Shown here piece by piece: positions 40,937 to 42,808 of a stretch of 42,808 bases of DNA (the first letter of the stretch is position 1; every line of letters begins with the position of its first letter). A program made the translations under genes and the position numbers. The stretch is from IMG/VR virus record IMGVR_UViG_3300025164_001013, positions 1 through 42,808 of that record; one strand, 5' to 3'. Source of the stretch: a virus. The notes beneath the pieces were generated by a model that had not been told where the DNA came from, did not search any database, and saw nothing but the letters and a program-made list of their open reading frames with translations.

Positions 40937-41626
40937 CTAGGTCACTCCTATCGAGATGGTGGCAGGGCTCGGGCCGAGCAGCTCACGGTGCACTTCGTGC
41001 AGCTCGAGTAGCGGGAACCGCAGGCGGAGATCGGTGCTGGCCAGCGCTGCGCGCCACTGCTGCCACAGCGGCGAGCGCGGCGCCACGATCCACTGACCGC
41101 CCATGCCGCCGACCGGCGAGCCGCGCCCCTCGAAGCGACGAACGTAGGGGTTGCGGGTGGTGTGACCGACGGTCGCATGTGCATCGACCACGCAGTCCAC
41201 GCAGCCGGCGGTGCAGAGCGCATCGCGCAGCCGATCGGCGAGGCCCCCGTCGCCCGCCTCACCACGTGACCCGCCGCTGCTGCACGCATAGAGCGCTACT
41301 CGCAGCCGCGGCGAGCAGCCGTGGTGGACGAGCGCGCGCGCGAGGTCACGCACAGAGGAGTTGTCGAAGCCGACCTGCAGGCCGGTCTGGTAGCCGTGGC
41401 AGAAGCAGGCCAGCAGATCGATCGGGCCCGCGGCTCCGAGCCGCGACAGGGACTCCAGGACGTGCTTACGCCGCTCTGGCGCAGTCCGGGTGCAGTCGAT
41501 GCTCTGCACGGATGTGCTCGGCAGATGATGGAGCTGCGCGAACGCTCGAGCCTCGGGCGCGAACGCTCCTGAGTAGTCACGGCGGCCGCGCGAATCGCGG
41601 TCGGGCGTGAGGATGAGGGCGCGCAT
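40937..41626 (-). CDS. Putative clan-CD (caspase-like) cysteine peptidase
   Basis: ATG at 41626 overlaps the upstream stop (TGATG). 229 aa. Hydrophobic strand then His-Gly (LLACFCHGY), followed by a hydrophobic strand then Ala-Cys (RVALYACSSGG), as in caspase-fold enzymes. Assignment by motif only. Confidence 0.35.
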   Translation of the reverse strand: MRALILTPDRDSRGRRDYSGAFAPEARAFAQLHHLPSTSVQSIDCTRTAPERRKHVLESLSRLGAAGPIDLLACFCHGYQTGLQVGFDNSSVRDLARALVHHGCSPRLRVALYACSSGGSRGEAGDGGLADRLRDALCTAGCVDCVVDAHATVGHTTRNPYVRRFEGRGSPVGGMGGQWIVAPRSPLWQQWRAALASTDLRLRFPLLELHEVHRELLGPSPATISIGVT

Positions 41627-41943
41627 CAGCAGCACCTCGGCGTAACGATCCACTCCACCGCGACCTCGCGAGTGCCACCCGCGGTCGTGATGCGCCAGGC
41701 GACGCAGAAGAGCGCGGGCACGCTCGGTTCTAGGATCATCCCCCAATCGATCACCCACATGAGTCCGGCCCCGCCATTGATCACGATGGCCGAAAACCCG
41801 TCATTGCCACCAAGACACGCGCCCGTTGGTGTGCGCACCTTCAGCGCGCCGCTGGTGACCTCGAGCACGTCGCCGTCCTCGCCCGCGATCTCTATCGCGA
41901 GGGGCGCATCGGTATCGCCGTATGTGCTGGTGTAGCGAATCAT
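41626..41943 (-). CDS. Post-fibre small beta-rich protein (candidate tail-fibre chaperone)
   Basis: ATG at 41943 in ATGA overlap with the fibre X stop. 105 aa. Its 5' 82 bp are duplicated after fibre Y. Confidence 0.5.
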   Translation of the reverse strand: MIRYTSTYGDTDAPLAIEIAGEDGDVLEVTSGALKVRTPTGACLGGNDGFSAIVINGGAGLMWVIDWGMILEPSVPALFCVAWRITTAGGTREVAVEWIVTPRCC

Positions 41944-42808
41944 GGCGTCCAGTCCTCTCCGTAGTAGCTTTCAAGTAGAGCTACCACCGCATCGCGTCGC
42001 GCCGCTGTGCCGCCCTTGCACACGACGATCGCCATCATGCGCCCGCCAAACGCATTGCCCGACGGCAGTCCCATCCTGTGTCCGAGGTTCACCTGCGTGC
42101 ACTCGTATTCGGTGCGCACCATGCCGCTGGCATCCGGGACGTCATAGGTGCCGCCTCCGGCCGAGTCTAGGGCCACGTGAAGCAGCCCGTCGGCGTCATC
42201 CATCCACCCCGAATACAGGTACGGATTGCTGATGTCGTTGTCTACTGTCGCAGTGCTGCTGCATTCGCGCACCGTGCTATCACCGTCCACGTAAGCCTGG
42301 CAGCGCACGATATTCGACGTCATCACCCGCGCTCTGATCACCTTGCCGGTATCGCCGGAAGAATCCGAGTAGTCTACTATGGTGCGCGTGGTTGATGCGT
42401 CGCTTATGGAAAACACCACGAAGCACGCTAAGGCGTCACTCGATGCAGCGAGCCCAGCGAAACCCGACGCCAATCGATAATGTTCAGATTCGGCGCGAGT
42501 AAAACCTACGTACGCTCGGTTGTTGACGCACATGCCGTCGGGACTCGGCGTGGGCTGATAGCTCCCCGTCTCTTGCGTCACGTGGTTTGCGTACGAGCTC
42601 GAGTCCGACCACTGCGACGCTGTGGCGTTCTCGGCGATCAACAGGTGCACGCAATCTGTCCCGAGCAGTGTCAGGAGGTCTGACACAAGCGTCTCCCACG
42701 CAGGGACATCGACCGTGAGCGTCGCCGCGCCCTCCGAGCGCGTCGAGCATGCGCCGGCCAGCAGCCTCACGACCGTGAGCGTCGCCGCGCCCTCCGAGCG
42801 CGTCGAGC
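41940..42808 (-). CDS. Tail fibre X, 3' part (frame open to the window end)
   Basis: No in-frame stop between 42770 and 42808. Encodes ...STRSEGAATLTVVRLLAGACSTRSEGAATLTVDVPAWE... followed by a 276-aa C-terminal domain. Less GC-rich than the core genome. Confidence 0.6.
   Translation of the reverse strand, partial: STRSEGAATLTVVRLLAGACSTRSEGAATLTVDVPAWETLVSDLLTLLGTDCVHLLIAENATASQWSDSSSYANHVTQETGSYQPTPSPDGMCVNNRAYVGFTRAESEHYRLASGFAGLAASSDALACFVVFSISDASTTRTIVDYSDSSGDTGKVIRARVMTSNIVRCQAYVDGDSTVRECSSTATVDNDISNPYLYSGWMDDADGLLHVALDSAGGGTYDVPDASGMVRTEYECTQVNLGHRMGLPSGNAFGGRMMAIVVCKGGTAARRDAVVALLESYYGEDWTP
42710..42808. repeat. 60-bp junction unit, 1.65 copies at the window end (further copies at 1..82 and 40074..40132)
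   Basis: 42749..42808 is identical to 1..60. 42710..42748 equals unit positions 22-60. 61..82 is a variant of positions 1-22. 40074..40132 equals unit positions 29-60 plus 1-27. Confidence 0.9.

Larger units (their letters stand above)
1..42808. mobile_element. Complete or near-complete temperate myovirus-type phage genome (probably circular or circularly permuted record)
   Basis: Full set of packaging, head, contractile-tail, replication, immunity and integration genes. 60-bp identity between both window ends. attP-like site flanked by phage genes on both sides. Confidence 0.85.

Noticed and set aside
39126-42808. Diversity-generating retroelement acting on the fibre genes
   Set aside because: - No reverse transcriptase ORF is present anywhere in the window.
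- The repeated segments are nucleotide-identical rather than differing at adenines, and they lie at module junctions rather than C-terminal variable regions.
39034-42808. Invertible host-range segment (Mu G / P1 C / shufflon type)
   Set aside because: - All repeat copies (60-bp unit and 82-bp repeat) are in direct orientation, not inverted.
- No Hin/Gin/Cin-type serine invertase gene is present.
- Both fibre genes are on the same strand.

Overview
The window looks like one complete temperate, contractile-tailed phage genome of about 42.7 kb, very GC-rich with strong GC3 bias. There is no rRNA and no CRISPR array. The only tRNA-like sequence is a 3' fragment.

Layout:
- Bases 1..60 are identical to 42749..42808. 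A minus-strand tail-fibre frame runs in phase across the window edge, so the record is probably circular or circularly permuted and was broken inside a 60-bp tandem repeat.
- Minus-strand late operon (about 23.0 kb down to 0.2 kb, then wrapping to 42.8..39.0 kb): terS, terL, portal, Mu F/SPP1 gp7-like head protein, scaffold/protease-like protein, decoration protein, major capsid, connectors, sheath, tube, G/G-T chaperones with a U UUU UUA -1 frameshift site, tape measure, baseplate, and several tail-fibre cassettes.
- Minus-strand early operon (30.5 to 23.0 kb): Cro-like protein, small zinc-ribbon proteins, a replication initiator containing an iteron/AT-rich origin, a DnaC-like loader, a RuvC-like resolvase, and Dam plus an inactive Dam paralog.
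- Divergent CI-like repressor at 30.6 kb, followed by a two-gene moron.
- Plus-strand operon (32.4 to 39.0 kb): Gp157-like protein, annealing-protein candidate, HNH/AP2-like protein, DnaQ-like exonuclease, small ORFs, and a tyrosine integrase.

Most interesting observations:
- A tRNA-Thr 3' fragment (attP core) lies inside the integrase ORF.
- A nucleotide-identical 60-bp junction recurs in the modular tail-fibre genes.
- The Mu F-like protein carries a C-terminal HExxH domain and is followed by a coupled small ORF.
- A caspase-like protein and a membrane protein sit between the fibre cassettes.
- The origin lies inside the initiator gene.
- 39-bp direct repeats bracket the DnaC-like gene.

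All family assignments come from motif recognition by eye. No searches were run.
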